From NCBI GenBank assembly GCA_015059365.1, contig SVAO01000006.1, forward strand, positions 3,065 through 67,064: a DNA stretch of 64,000 nucleotides. Direction: 5' to 3'. The notes beneath the pieces are model-generated. The model searched no databases and had not been told where the DNA came from. It saw only the letters and a program-made list of their open reading frames with translations. Position numbers and translations under genes: made by a program. Shown here piece by piece: positions 26,895-37,385 of the stretch; position 1 is the first letter of the stretch, and each line of letters starts with the position of its first letter. This stretch comes from Bacillota bacterium. GTDB taxonomy: Bacteria; Bacillota_I; Bacilli_A; RF39; UBA660.

Positions 26895-28212
26895 ACTAAA
26901 TTATTTAATTAGTATTAGTTTGAAAAGAAAAATTAAAACAAAATGGTTTGTGATTGCTAATTTGCTGATTGCTATTGTTATTATGGGAATTATAAATATT
27001 GATAGTATTATTAATTTATTCGGAGGCGAATTTAATAATAAGACTAATATTTATGTAGTTGATGAGACTAATATTGCTTTTGATTTATTTAAATCCCAAG
27101 TTGATAGTTCTAGTAATATGTTAGGTGGGACAAGCAGTTTTAATTACAATGTTATAAAAAGCGACAAATCTATTGATGAACTAAAGTATATTTTAGAAAA
27201 TGATGAAGAGGAAGGTTCGAGTATAGTTTTAAATTTTAAAGAATCATCTGAAAATATTCTAAACGTTTCAATGATTACAAAAGAATATATAGATTTAGTG
27301 GATACTCAAATATTAACTACTGCGATTAATAATACAAAAAGCACAATTGCAATTTCTCTTTCTAATATTCCGGAAGAAGTTTTGAATAGTATTTATAGTC
27401 CGGTTAAGATTGAAAGAATATTTTTAGAGGATAATAAAAATAACGAAGATGAAAACATGGAAATTATTATGACTACAGTTTTTCCTGTGGTTATTTTGCC
27501 ATTTTTTATGTTAACTATATTTTTAGTTCAAATGATTGGTGCTGAAGTAAATGATGAGAAAATGACTAAAGGAATGGAAATAATAATTTCTAATGTATCT
27601 CCTAAAACGCATTTTTTTGCGAAAGTGATTGCGGGAAATTTATTTGTCATAATACAGGGTGTTTTATTGTTTTTATATGCTGGTTTAGGAATGTTAATTA
27701 GAAATTTATTTGGTGGAAGTAATATTACAGGTGGTGTTATAACTGAAATAGGTTCTTTAGTTTCATCTGTAATAGATTCTAACATTGGTTCTTCATTGAT
27801 ATATGTTATTCCACTAACTTTATTGCTTATGTTAATAACATTTCTAGGGTATTCTTTGCTTGCAGGAATTCTAGCCTCAATAACTACAAATACTGAAGAT
27901 TTTCAGCAATTACAAACACCAATAATCATCATATCTTTATTAGGCTATTATTTATCAATGATGGCAGGAGTGTTTAAGGGCTCTTTATTTATAAAAATAT
28001 TATCTTTTATACCTTTTATATCTGCAATATTATCTCCTTCATTATTAGTTTTAGGCCAAATAGGTGTGGTGGAGGTTATAATCTCAATAGTTTTAATGGT
28101 TATAACTGTCTCATTGTTAATAAAGTATGGGCTTAGAATATATAAAGTAGGCATTTTAAATTATTCTTCTAAAAATTTATGGAAAAAGATGTTTAAAGCC
28201 TTGAAAAATTAG
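26884..28212 (+). CDS. ABC-2 family permease (NatB-like)
   Basis: N-terminal TM helix, large extracytoplasmic loop, then five C-terminal TM helices. Translationally coupled to the ATPase. Confidence 0.75.
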   Translation: MRSKLNYLISISLKRKIKTKWFVIANLLIAIVIMGIINIDSIINLFGGEFNNKTNIYVVDETNIAFDLFKSQVDSSSNMLGGTSSFNYNVIKSDKSIDELKYILENDEEEGSSIVLNFKESSENILNVSMITKEYIDLVDTQILTTAINNTKSTIAISLSNIPEEVLNSIYSPVKIERIFLEDNKNNEDENMEIIMTTVFPVVILPFFMLTIFLVQMIGAEVNDEKMTKGMEIIISNVSPKTHFFAKVIAGNLFVIIQGVLLFLYAGLGMLIRNLFGGSNITGGVITEIGSLVSSVIDSNIGSSLIYVIPLTLLLMLITFLGYSLLAGILASITTNTEDFQQLQTPIIIISLLGYYLSMMAGVFKGSLFIKILSFIPFISAILSPSLLVLGQIGVVEVIISIVLMVITVSLLIKYGLRIYKVGILNYSSKNLWKKMFKALKN

Positions 28213-28265
28213 TTGATATTAAGATTGTTATATGTTAGAATATCAAATCAAGGAAGAGGTGTTGT

Positions 28266-28619
28266 ATGACATTTAAAGTAAGATTTAGACCACAGGATGT
28301 TTATTTTGGAAATGTAACTTATAATGCTGGAAGAGAAGGTTATTTTGAAACAGGTACTGAAGCTTTTATTAAAACTTATTATGCTCCTCATGATGTAATG
28401 TATGCAAAGTTAAAAAATTATAAAATGCAATATAAGGCATATGTGGACGGTACTCCAAACTATATAAGTGTTAATAATCTAGTTTCTTTAGCAAGTCTAA
28501 TAGAAGAAGAAAAACAAAATGATTTGGTTACTATTTCTCAAATAAAATTATATTTATTAAAATATAAGCTTACAAAATTAACTCAAAAAGATGATTCTAA
28601 AAAGAAAATATTAAAATAA
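28266..28619 (+). CDS. hypothetical protein
   Basis: 117-aa ORF with GGAAGAGG SD. No motif recognised. Confidence 0.5.
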   Translation: MTFKVRFRPQDVYFGNVTYNAGREGYFETGTEAFIKTYYAPHDVMYAKLKNYKMQYKAYVDGTPNYISVNNLVSLASLIEEEKQNDLVTISQIKLYLLKYKLTKLTQKDDSKKKILK

Positions 28620-28620
28620 C

Positions 28621-28650
28621 GCTATCAATACTAGTTGATAGTGTTTTTTA
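28621..28650 (+). terminator. Rho-independent terminator
   Basis: CTATCAA-tactag-TTGATAG followed by TGTTTTTT. Confidence 0.7.
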
Positions 28651-28707
28651 TTGTTGATAAAATTTAATATAAAAGTAATAAAAAAGGGTTGTATTTGAAT
28701 ATTATTA

Positions 28708-28823
28708 TGTTATAATAATTATGGCTTTTTAAAACACACGCAAATGGATTACTGTGTCTAGTGCCAATAGGTGATATATGTAAGAAGAAATTTGCGGAGG
28801 GAAAAAACAAAAGGAGGAATATT
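28708..28823 (+). promoter_or_regulatory. rpsB promoter (extended -10) and roughly 100-nt potentially structured leader
   Basis: TGtTATAAT at 28708-28716. In the leader, CGCAAAT (28739-28745) can pair with ATTTGCG (28790-28796), enclosing an ACAC/GTGT hairpin. Confidence 0.4.
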
Positions 28824-29855
28824 ATGACAGTTGTGTCTATGAATTATTTATTAGAAGCCGGAGTTCATTTCGGACATCAAACAAAGAGATGGAATCCAAA
28901 AATGAAGGAGTACATTTTTACTTCAAGAGATGATATTTATATTATCGATTTACAAAAAACAGCAAAAAAAATTGAAGAAGCATATGCTGCTTTAAAAGTT
29001 ATTGCTGATAATGGTGGAAAGGTTTTATTTGTAGGAACTAGAAAACAAGCTAGTGATGCAGTAAGAGAAGAAGCAATTCGTAGTAATTCTTATTATGTTT
29101 CAGAAAGATGGTTAGGTGGAACTTTAACAAATTTTAGAACTATCCGTAAAAGAATCAAACGTTTAGAACAAATTGAAGAAATGGAAAAAAATGGAACATT
29201 TGATTTACTTCCTAAAAAAGAAGTTATTGGGTTAAAGAAAGAATACGAAAAATTAAATAAGGTGTTATGTGGAATTAGAGAAATGGCTAAATTACCAAGT
29301 GCTTTATTTATCGTAGATCCATCTAAGGAATATATTGCAATTAGAGAAGCAAGAAAATTAAGAATTCCAGTATTTGGAATTGTTGATACAAATTGTGATC
29401 CAGATATGGTAGACTATGTTATTCCAGGAAATGATGATGCTATTCGTGCAGTTAAATTAATCACTGGTGTTATGGCAAATGCTATAGTAGAAGCACAAGG
29501 TGGAGAATTAGTTGACTATGTAAGTAGCGATGATAAGAATAAAGATGCTAATGAAATTATGCAAAAAGCAGTTGATTCTGTAAAGAAAAGAGAACCAAGA
29601 AAACCAGAAACAAATCGTAATTTTAATAAAAAATTTAATGATAAGAAAAAATTTGATAATAAATCATCAGAAAAAGTAGAAACTGTAAAAGAGCCAAAAA
29701 AAGAAGTTAAAGTTGAAAAAGAAGAAACAATTGAAAAGCCAGCAGTTGATTTATCAACTAAAACAGTTTCAGAACTTCGTGAAATGGCTAAGAATAAAGA
29801 AATTAAAGGTTATTCTACAATGAAAAAAGCTGAACTTTTAGAAGCTTTAAAATAA
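28824..29855 (+). CDS. rpsB: 30S ribosomal protein S2 with about 95-aa Lys/Glu-rich C-terminal extension ending in a Rho_N/SAP-like helix-hairpin
   Basis: [20 protein letters not shown]2 signature. Start at the ATG at 28824 after AAGGAGG. The tail ends in [34 protein letters not shown]. Confidence 0.93.
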   Translation: MTVVSMNYLLEAGVHFGHQTKRWNPKMKEYIFTSRDDIYIIDLQKTAKKIEEAYAALKVIADNGGKVLFVGTRKQASDAVREEAIRSNSYYVSERWLGGTLTNFRTIRKRIKRLEQIEEMEKNGTFDLLPKKEVIGLKKEYEKLNKVLCGIREMAKLPSALFIVDPSKEYIAIREARKLRIPVFGIVDTNCDPDMVDYVIPGNDDAIRAVKLITGVMANAIVEAQGGELVDYVSSDDKNKDANEIMQKAVDSVKKREPRKPETNRNFNKKFNDKKKFDNKSSEKVETVKEPKKEVKVEKEETIEKPAVDLSTKTVSELREMAKNKEIKGYSTMKKAELLEALK

Positions 29856-29909
29856 AACTACAAAAGATGATTAAGTTAATCATCTTTTATTTATAAAAGG
29901 AGGATATTT

Positions 29910-30785
29910 ATGATAAGTGCTAGTTTAGTAAAGGAATTAAGAGAAAAAACTGGGGCAGGAATGTTAGATTGCAAAAAGGCATTAGAAGAATGCAATGGTA
30001 ACATTGATGCTGCTATTGATTGGCTAAGAGAAAAAGGTATTTCAAAAGCTGCTAAAAAAGCAGAAAGAATTGCTGCTGAAGGATTAGCTGCAATTTATAC
30101 TGAAGGAAATACTGCGGTTATAGTTGAAGTAAATTCTGAAACTGATTTTGTTGCTAAAAACGCTGAATTTACAACTATGGTTGATAGTATTTTAAAAGCA
30201 ATCGCTGCAAATGATCCAAAAACAAATGAAGAAGTATTAGCTTTAGATGTTGAAGGACAAACAATTAATGATTTAATTGTTGATAAAACTGCTAAAATTG
30301 GAGAAAAATTAAGTTTTAGAAGATTTACAAAAGTAACTAAAACAGACTCTGAAAACTTTGGTACATATATTCATATGGGTGGAAAAATTGCTGTTCTTAC
30401 TGTTGTTGATGGAGCAAGTGAAGAAGTGGCTAAAGAAGTTGCTATGCATGCTGCTGCAATGCGTCCAGTTTATACTAAAGCAAGTGAAGTGCCAACAGAA
30501 GTATTAGAAAAAGAAAAATCTATTATGAGAGAACAACTTTTAAATGAAGGAAAACCTGCAGATAGAATTGATAACATCTTAGTTGGTAAAGTTAAAAAAT
30601 ATTATGAAGATGTATGTTTAGAAAATCAAATCTTTGTTAAAGCAGAAAACAAAGAAACAGTTAGCGAATATGTTAAAAATAATGGTGGAACAATTTCTTC
30701 AATGATTCGTTATGAAGTTGGTGAAGGAATGGAAAAACGTTCTGAAAATTTTGCTGAAGAAGTAGCAAAACAAATGCAACAATAA
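29910..30785 (+). CDS. tsf: translation elongation factor Ts
   Basis: UBA-like N-terminus VKELREKTGAGMLDCKKAL. 291 aa. Follows rpsB. Confidence 0.95.
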   Translation: MISASLVKELREKTGAGMLDCKKALEECNGNIDAAIDWLREKGISKAAKKAERIAAEGLAAIYTEGNTAVIVEVNSETDFVAKNAEFTTMVDSILKAIAANDPKTNEEVLALDVEGQTINDLIVDKTAKIGEKLSFRRFTKVTKTDSENFGTYIHMGGKIAVLTVVDGASEEVAKEVAMHAAAMRPVYTKASEVPTEVLEKEKSIMREQLLNEGKPADRIDNILVGKVKKYYEDVCLENQIFVKAENKETVSEYVKNNGGTISSMIRYEVGEGMEKRSENFAEEVAKQMQQ

Positions 30786-30800
30786 AAATAAAAAGAGCAA

Positions 30801-31394
30801 TTACAAAGTAATAAGTAATTGTTCTTTTATTTTTTTATTAATTATTAAATTATTTAATTTATTTTCAATCTCTACGAGTTTAGAATTGGATATTTTAAAT
30901 TCATAAATAATAATATTATTGAATACTTTGTTTATTATTTCAATATCATTTAATAAATAATTTATTTGTTCAATATTATTATAATTGAATGTTATTTCTA
31001 GTTTAACACCTTCTACTAGTTCTTTAATTTCAGTGAATTTGAGGCATTCACTTACGGAGTTAGAATATGCACGCACTAATCCACCAGCTCCTAATTTAAT
31101 TCCACCGAAATATCTAATTACAACTGCGAGAATATAATTTAGTTTATTGTTTTCTAAAACATTTAATATGGGTACTCCTGCAGTACCGCCTGGTTCACCA
31201 TCATCGTTAAATCTTTTTATGTTACCAACTATATATGCATAACAAATGTGTGTTGAATCTTTATATTCAATATTTAATCTACTTAAAATTTCTTTTGCTT
31301 CTTCTTCAGTATTTATTTTAAATAATTTTGTAATGAATTTAGAACGTTCAATAATTATTTCATTTTCTTGATTTTTATTAATTGATTTCATCAA
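30801..31394 (-). CDS. yigZ: YigZ/IMPACT family protein (UPF0029)
   Basis: IERSKFI...HICYAY...DDGEPGGTAGVPIL...VVIRYFGGIKLGAGGLVRAY are hallmark YigZ motifs. Confidence 0.85.
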   Translation of the reverse strand: MMKSINKNQENEIIIERSKFITKLFKINTEEEAKEILSRLNIEYKDSTHICYAYIVGNIKRFNDDGEPGGTAGVPILNVLENNKLNYILAVVIRYFGGIKLGAGGLVRAYSNSVSECLKFTEIKELVEGVKLEITFNYNNIEQINYLLNDIEIINKVFNNIIIYEFKISNSKLVEIENKLNNLIINKKIKEQLLITL

Positions 31395-31520
31395 ATCACC
31401 AATTATATTATAACATGATATAAAAATTTTGAAAAATATTAAAATTTATCACATATCTAACAATTCTAAATATTGTTTTGGCGAATAAATTATAGTATAA
31501 TGATAATAGGATGTGGTTAC

Positions 31521-32603
31521 ATGAAAGTAATAATAAGTGCGGGAGGAACAGGTGGTCATATTTATCCTGCTCTTGCAATCATTAATAAAATTAAAGAGCG
31601 TGAGCCAAATAGTGAATTTTTATATATAGGAACTCATAACCGTATGGAAAAAGATATTATTCCACCGTTAGGAATTCCTTTTAAAACCATAGAAATATAT
31701 GGTTTTAATCGTAAAAAATTATATCGTAATTTTAAAACAATAAAGTGTTTTTTCAAAGGGTATAAAGAATGCAAAAAGTTAATTAAAGAGTTTAATCCTG
31801 ATATAGTAATTGGTGTTGGTGGTTATGTTACTGGGCCAGTAATTTATGCTGCTAGTAAATTAGGATATCCCACATTTATTCATGAACAAAATAGTATTTC
31901 GGGTAAATGTAATCAATTTTTAAGTAGATATGTAAGTTTAATTGGAGTTTCTTTTGAGTCTAGTATAAAAGATTTTCCTGAATATAAAACGATATATACG
32001 GGAAATCCTTGTAGTGAAGATGCTATAAAAAAGACTGCAATGGATAAAAAAACTTTTGGATTGACAGAAAATAAAAAACTTGTTTTAATTGTTATGGGTT
32101 CTTTAGGTTCTTCTAGAATTAATGATTTTTTTAAGGAATCAATTTCTATGTTTAATGATAAAGAATATGAGGTTTTATATGTGACTGGTAAAGATTCTTA
32201 TGAATCATTTAAGAAATTAAAAATTCCTAATAATGTTAAAATCGTTCCTTATATTGAAAATATGACAAGAATTATGAAAAAAACAGATATAATAGTTAGT
32301 CGTGCAGGTGCTTCCACGTTAAGTGAAATAACTGCATTAAACATTCCTTCCATATTAATTCCGAGTCCATATGTGCCAGATAATCATCAATTTAAGAATG
32401 CATTAGATTTGGTACAAAATGAGTGTGCAATTATGTTAGAAGAATCGTCTTTGCAAGGTGATAATCTTGTTAGAACTATTGATGTATTAATAAATGATGA
32501 TAAAAAAATTAAAAAGATGAAAACTAATTTGAAGAAAATGAGTGTTCCTAATAGTGCGACACTTATTTATGAAAACATTAGAAAACTTATAGATGGGAAG
32601 TAA
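31521..32603 (+). CDS. murG: UDP-N-acetylglucosamine--N-acetylmuramyl-(pentapeptide) pyrophosphoryl-undecaprenol GlcNAc transferase
   Basis: GGTGGHIYPALA N-terminal motif. C-terminal SRAGASTLSEI. Start set at MKVIISAGG. Confidence 0.9.
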   Translation: MKVIISAGGTGGHIYPALAIINKIKEREPNSEFLYIGTHNRMEKDIIPPLGIPFKTIEIYGFNRKKLYRNFKTIKCFFKGYKECKKLIKEFNPDIVIGVGGYVTGPVIYAASKLGYPTFIHEQNSISGKCNQFLSRYVSLIGVSFESSIKDFPEYKTIYTGNPCSEDAIKKTAMDKKTFGLTENKKLVLIVMGSLGSSRINDFFKESISMFNDKEYEVLYVTGKDSYESFKKLKIPNNVKIVPYIENMTRIMKKTDIIVSRAGASTLSEITALNIPSILIPSPYVPDNHQFKNALDLVQNECAIMLEESSLQGDNLVRTIDVLINDDKKIKKMKTNLKKMSVPNSATLIYENIRKLIDGK

Positions 32604-32606
32604 ATA

Positions 32607-33497
32607 ATGAGTATATTAAAAAAATTAAAGGATTTAAAGTGTGGAAAGGTAGAAACAATAAAATTAAAAGACTATACTACATATAGAGTTGGTGGTATGA
32701 CGACTTTGATATCTCCTAAAAATACTGAATGTTTAATTACTATACTTAAATTTTTAAGAGCGAATGAAATTAAATATAAAATATTAGGAAATGGTTCAAA
32801 TTTAATTTTTAATAATTCTGGTTATGATGGGGTAGTAATTAAACTTGATGAATTTAATAGTTTAGATATCAAGGGTAATGTAATTAAAGTAGGTGCAGGT
32901 TATAGTTTAATGAAGTTAGCTCTTAAAATGTGTCGCTCAGGTTATACAGGAATAGAGTTTGCAACAGGAATACCAGGTACTATTGGTGGAGCTGTTTATA
33001 TGAATGCTGGAGCTTATAAAAGTGATATGGGATACATAGTAAGAAGTATTAAAGTATTAACGCCTGATTATGAAATTAAAACACTTTATAATAAAGAACT
33101 GGATTTTCATTATCGAACTTCATTTTTACAAAAAAATCCAGAATATATATGCTTAGAAGCTACAATAGTTTTGCGTAAGGGTGACAAGGATTTAATTATG
33201 GAAATAGTTAATGAAAGAAAGGAAAGAAGAATTGAAACCCAACCTTTAGAATATCCATCCGCAGGAAGCGTATTTCGTAATCCAGAAGGTGACTTTGCTG
33301 GAAGATTAATTGAAGAAATTGGATATAAAGGATACAGCATTGGTGGAGCTAAAGTAAGCGAAAAGCATGCTAATTTTATTATAAATACTGGTGATGCAAC
33401 TGGTGAAGAAATAAAAGAATTAATTGAAGAAATAAGAAAAAAAATAAAAGATAAATATGATATTGAATTAAAAGTTGAACAAGAATTTGTAGAATAA
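32607..33497 (+). CDS. murB: UDP-N-acetylenolpyruvoylglucosamine reductase
   Basis: FAD-binding GNGSNL, IPGTIGGAVYMNAGAY, SAGSVFRNP motifs. Confidence 0.9.
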   Translation: MSILKKLKDLKCGKVETIKLKDYTTYRVGGMTTLISPKNTECLITILKFLRANEIKYKILGNGSNLIFNNSGYDGVVIKLDEFNSLDIKGNVIKVGAGYSLMKLALKMCRSGYTGIEFATGIPGTIGGAVYMNAGAYKSDMGYIVRSIKVLTPDYEIKTLYNKELDFHYRTSFLQKNPEYICLEATIVLRKGDKDLIMEIVNERKERRIETQPLEYPSAGSVFRNPEGDFAGRLIEEIGYKGYSIGGAKVSEKHANFIINTGDATGEEIKELIEEIRKKIKDKYDIELKVEQEFVE

Positions 33498-33509
33498 AAA
33501 GGTGATTTT

Positions 33510-34229
33510 ATGAAAACTCCTAGTAAAACAAAAAAGTTAAATGTGGCAAAATCCCAAAAGATTATTAAAAAAAGACGAAGAGTGAAGATAGGGGCAGTTT
33601 TAGTATTTTTGATAATTCTAGTGCTTTTATTAAGTTTGTTTTTTGGAATTTTATCTAAGCCAATAACCAATATATATATTAGTGGTAATAATTATTTAAG
33701 TGATCAAGAAGTTATAGAACTAGGGGCATTAGATAATTATCCGTCAGCAATTAAAAATTTATCATTATTAATAAAAAAACGTTTAGAAAAAAGTGATTTA
33801 ATAATATCTGCGAAAGTAAAGAAAAAAGGTTTTACTAGGGTATATATTGAAATTGAAGAAAACAGACCACTTGTTTTCAACAGTAGTATAAATCAAACGA
33901 TTTTATTAGATGGGACTACAATAAATGAAAAAATGCCTAGTTCAACATTAGTTAATTATGTTCCAGATACTATTTATGATAGTTTTATTAATGCGATAAA
34001 AGGAATTGAGAATAATGTTTTAGAACGTGTTTCTGAAATTCTATATAATCCTAATGATGTGGATGCTGAAAGGTTTTTGCTTATAATGGATGATGGTAAT
34101 TATGTTTATTTGACTTTACGTAAATTTGATAGTATAAATAATTATATAAATATAATTAAAAAATTTGGGGATAAAAAGGGCATATTATATTTAGATTCTG
34201 GAGAGTATTTTAAAGTTTTAGATAATTAG
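33510..34229 (+). CDS. divIB: cell division protein DivIB/FtsQ
   Basis: Basic N-terminus, single TM helix, POTRA-like ITNIYISGNNYLSDQEVIE. Position between murB and ftsA. Confidence 0.8.
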   Translation: MKTPSKTKKLNVAKSQKIIKKRRRVKIGAVLVFLIILVLLLSLFFGILSKPITNIYISGNNYLSDQEVIELGALDNYPSAIKNLSLLIKKRLEKSDLIISAKVKKKGFTRVYIEIEENRPLVFNSSINQTILLDGTTINEKMPSSTLVNYVPDTIYDSFINAIKGIENNVLERVSEILYNPNDVDAERFLLIMDDGNYVYLTLRKFDSINNYINIIKKFGDKKGILYLDSGEYFKVLDN

Positions 34230-34306
34230 AAAGAAATTTCTAATTTTTCTTTTACTTTTTTATTTATTTATAGTATAATTGTGTTAGGATTGTAGGAGAT
34301 GATAAG

Positions 34307-35554
34307 GTGAAGCATATTTATAGTAGCGTTGATATTGGTTCCGATACAATTAAAGTAGTTGTATGTGAATTATATAAAGGTAAACTAAATTTATTAGCTG
34401 CATCATCTGTTAAATCGAAGGGAATAAAAAAAGGGCTTATTACTGATTTTGAGGCTGTTTCTGTTTCAATGAAAAAGGCAATTAACGAAGTTGAGGGAAT
34501 GCTTGGAATAAAAATAAAAAAAGTACTTGTTTCAGTGCCTTCTTATTTTGCTGAGTTTTTAGTTGTTAAAGGTGAAATCAAAATAACAGGCGAAGATGGA
34601 GTTGTTACTGGTGATGATGTTGTTGCAGTATTACAGAATGCAATGCAAGAAAAGTTATCACCTGGGAAAGAAATGGTAACAATGTTACCGATTGATTTTA
34701 AACTTGATCAACAAGATGGTCTTAAAGATCCTAAAGGCTTAGTTGGAAGAGAATTATCAGTTCGTGCTATTATGGCAACCACACCTAAAAAGAACATTTA
34801 TTCTGTTGTTAGTTTAATGGATAGTATTGGTATAGAAATAGTAGACATCTCACTAAATCCAATTGGAGATGGGTATGCATTCCGTTCTAAGGAAATGGAA
34901 TCACAAATTGGAGCTATTATTAATGTGGGAGCAGAAACTACAACTGTGGCGGTGTATAATAAGGCGATTATAGTAAAAAGTTCAATTATTGCCATGGGTA
35001 GCAGAAATATTGATAATGATTTAGCTTATATTTATAAGATTGATTTGAATCAATCTAGAAAAATTAAAGAGAAGTTTGCACTGGCTCATAAGAAGTATGC
35101 GAATGCCAGTGAAGTTTATGAGGTTACAAGAGAAGATGAAGTTATTAAATTAAATCAATTTGAAACTTCAGAAATTGTAATGTCTAGAATTGAAGAAATA
35201 TTAACTTTAGCTCGTAAGGAAATTAATATTTTGACAAATCGTAAAGTGGATTATATCATTATTACTGGTGGTACTAGTAATATGGCTCATTTTGATTATG
35301 TTGCTGAAGATATTTTTGGTAAAGACGTTGTTATTGGTGATATAAAAATAATTGGTATTAGAAATAATAAATATTCTGCATGTGTCGGAAATATTGTTTA
35401 TTTTATTAATAAATTAAGATTAAAAGGAAAAAGTTATACTATGTTTAATTCTTCTGATATGGAAGAATTAGAAACACCTAAGAAGGGTATAATAAATAAT
35501 ATATCAAACGAATCAATGTTAGGAAAAGTATTTGGTTACTTTTTTGGCGAATAG
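34307..35554 (+). CDS. ftsA: cell division protein FtsA
   Basis: GTG start. Actin-fold motifs VDIGSDTIKVVV and NVGAETTTVAV. Directly upstream of ftsZ. Confidence 0.9.
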   Translation: MKHIYSSVDIGSDTIKVVVCELYKGKLNLLAASSVKSKGIKKGLITDFEAVSVSMKKAINEVEGMLGIKIKKVLVSVPSYFAEFLVVKGEIKITGEDGVVTGDDVVAVLQNAMQEKLSPGKEMVTMLPIDFKLDQQDGLKDPKGLVGRELSVRAIMATTPKKNIYSVVSLMDSIGIEIVDISLNPIGDGYAFRSKEMESQIGAIINVGAETTTVAVYNKAIIVKSSIIAMGSRNIDNDLAYIYKIDLNQSRKIKEKFALAHKKYANASEVYEVTREDEVIKLNQFETSEIVMSRIEEILTLARKEINILTNRKVDYIIITGGTSNMAHFDYVAEDIFGKDVVIGDIKIIGIRNNKYSACVGNIVYFINKLRLKGKSYTMFNSSDMEELETPKKGIINNISNESMLGKVFGYFFGE

Positions 35555-35566
35555 AGGAGGATAAGC

Positions 35567-36643
35567 ATGTTTGGTGGATTAGAAATGGATCAATTAGCTA
35601 AAATAAAGGTAATTGGAGTAGGTGGCGGAGGAAATAACGCTGTTAATAGAATGATTGAATCAGGAGTTAAGGGAGTAGATTTTATTGTAGCTAATACAGA
35701 CTTACAAGTATTAAATAGTTCTAAAGCTCCAGTAAAAATTCAAATAGGAACAGAACTAACTAATGGATTGGGTGCAGGTGCAAATCCTCAAATAGGACGA
35801 GAAGCTGCATTAGAATCAAAGGCTGAAATAGAGGCTGCATTAGAAGGTGCAGACATGGTTTTTGTTACTTGTGGAATGGGTGGAGGAACTGGAACTGGGG
35901 CAGCTCCAGTAGTAGCATCAATTGCACAAGAAATGGGAGCTCTTACTGTAGGTATTGTTACAAAACCTTTCTCATTTGAAGGTAAAAAACGTATGGAACA
36001 AGCTTTAAACGGATTAGATGAATTAAAGAAGCATGTGGATACTTTAATTGTAATTCCTAATGATCGTTTAAGAGAAATTATTGATAAATCGACTCCATTA
36101 TTGGATTCATTTAAAGAAGTTGATAATGTTTTACGTCGTGGTGTTCAATCTATTTCAGATTTGATTGCGGTTGCAGGGTTAATTAACTTAGACTTTGCCG
36201 ATGTTAAAGCAGTAATGGAAAAACGTGGAAATGCTTTAATTGGAATAGGTATTGGAGTTGGAGAAAATAGAGCTGCCGAAGCTGCTAAACAAGCTGTAGA
36301 AAGTCCACTTCTTGAAACAAGTATAAGTGGTGCTACAGATGCGATTATCAATGTTACTGGTGGTTCTAATTTAACACTTTTTGAAGTAGAAGAGGCTGCA
36401 GAAGTTATTAGAACAAGTGCTAATACTGATATTAATACTATCTTTGGAGCGGTAATTAATGAAAATTTAAATGATGAAATCATTGTAACAGTTATTGCAA
36501 CAGGTTTTGAAGATAAAACAGATCCACTTTATCATTCATATTCAACAACAACTCGTGAAGAATTAAGAAGAAATGATGATTCTTCAGAAGGTTCAGATGA
36601 TGAAGCATCAATTCCATCTTTCTTAAGAAAAAGAGGATTTTAA
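35567..36643 (+). CDS. ftsZ: cell division protein FtsZ
   Basis: [13 protein letters not shown], tubulin signature [12 protein letters not shown]-terminal [10 protein letters not shown] peptide. Confidence 0.97.
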   Translation: MFGGLEMDQLAKIKVIGVGGGGNNAVNRMIESGVKGVDFIVANTDLQVLNSSKAPVKIQIGTELTNGLGAGANPQIGREAALESKAEIEAALEGADMVFVTCGMGGGTGTGAAPVVASIAQEMGALTVGIVTKPFSFEGKKRMEQALNGLDELKKHVDTLIVIPNDRLREIIDKSTPLLDSFKEVDNVLRRGVQSISDLIAVAGLINLDFADVKAVMEKRGNALIGIGIGVGENRAAEAAKQAVESPLLETSISGATDAIINVTGGSNLTLFEVEEAAEVIRTSANTDINTIFGAVINENLNDEIIVTVIATGFEDKTDPLYHSYSTTTREELRRNDDSSEGSDDEASIPSFLRKRGF

Positions 36644-36655
36644 TAATTGTTAATC

Positions 36656-36679
36656 AAACGTCAAATTGACGTTTTTTTA
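36656..36679 (+). terminator. Rho-independent terminator after ftsZ
   Basis: AAACGTC-aaatt-GACGTTT followed by TTTTT. Confidence 0.75.
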
Positions 36680-36708
36680 TTGACTTTGTACGTAAAAAAA
36701 TATATCAT
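36680..36708 (+). promoter_or_regulatory. candidate sigma-A promoter of A2
   Basis: TTGACT (36680-36685), 17 nt, TATCAT (36703-36708). A second TATAAT at 36750-36755 lacks a -35. Confidence 0.4.
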
Positions 36709-36772
36709 AAAATTATGATAGTACAAGCAATAACAATACTACATTGTATTATAATTAGAAAGAGGTTATAAA

Positions 36773-37385
36773 AATGCAAAGAACAAGAAATAGACAAATA
36801 ATGACTATTGCACTTATCATGGCAGCAATAGTAGGACTAGGGGTAGGATTTGCAGCATTCTCTAGTTCATTAAGCATTAAATCTGGAGTATCAGTAAGTC
36901 CTGATTCATCAACATTTAGTGTTAAATTTTCATCAAGTGCAACAGCACAAGAAAGGAATCCCATAGAAGCAGTAACAAATCCTGAAACATTGGTCGCAAA
37001 AGATGGGGAAATAGATGCAGTAGATGCAACCACAATAGGTAATCTATCAGTTGAATTCACCCAACCAGATCAAACAGCAACATATACTTTTTATGCAAGA
37101 AATACAGGAGCATATTTAGCATATTTAAATATGATTCAAGTTGGTGAAAAAACATGTACACCTGGGGAAGGTACAGATGCAGATTTAGTTGCAGCAGCAT
37201 GTGACGCGTTGAGCGTTAGTGTAAGTGTTGGAACAAATACTGTTACAGAAACTGAAAGCATTACAAATCATACATTAGCAGCAGGAAGTAGTGAAGAGGT
37301 AATTGTAACTTTAGAATATGCGAAAGATGGAGCAAGAGCAGATGGACCATTTACAGTAACATTTGGTGATATTTCATTAACATAT
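36773..37385 (+). repeat. 613-bp dispersed direct repeat (copy 2), 5' two-thirds of A2
   Basis: Gap-free alignment with 20069-20681. Confidence 0.85.

Noticed and set aside
33110-33670. 186-aa minus-strand ORF spanning the murB/divIB junction
   Set aside because: It is fully antisense to two motif-verified genes and is low-complexity Ser/Phe/Ile-rich. This is a typical AT-rich shadow ORF. The same applies to 36145-36483 (antisense ftsZ), 12851-13290, 18437-19046, 27528-28154, 34798-34995, 61671-62069 and 55286-55504.
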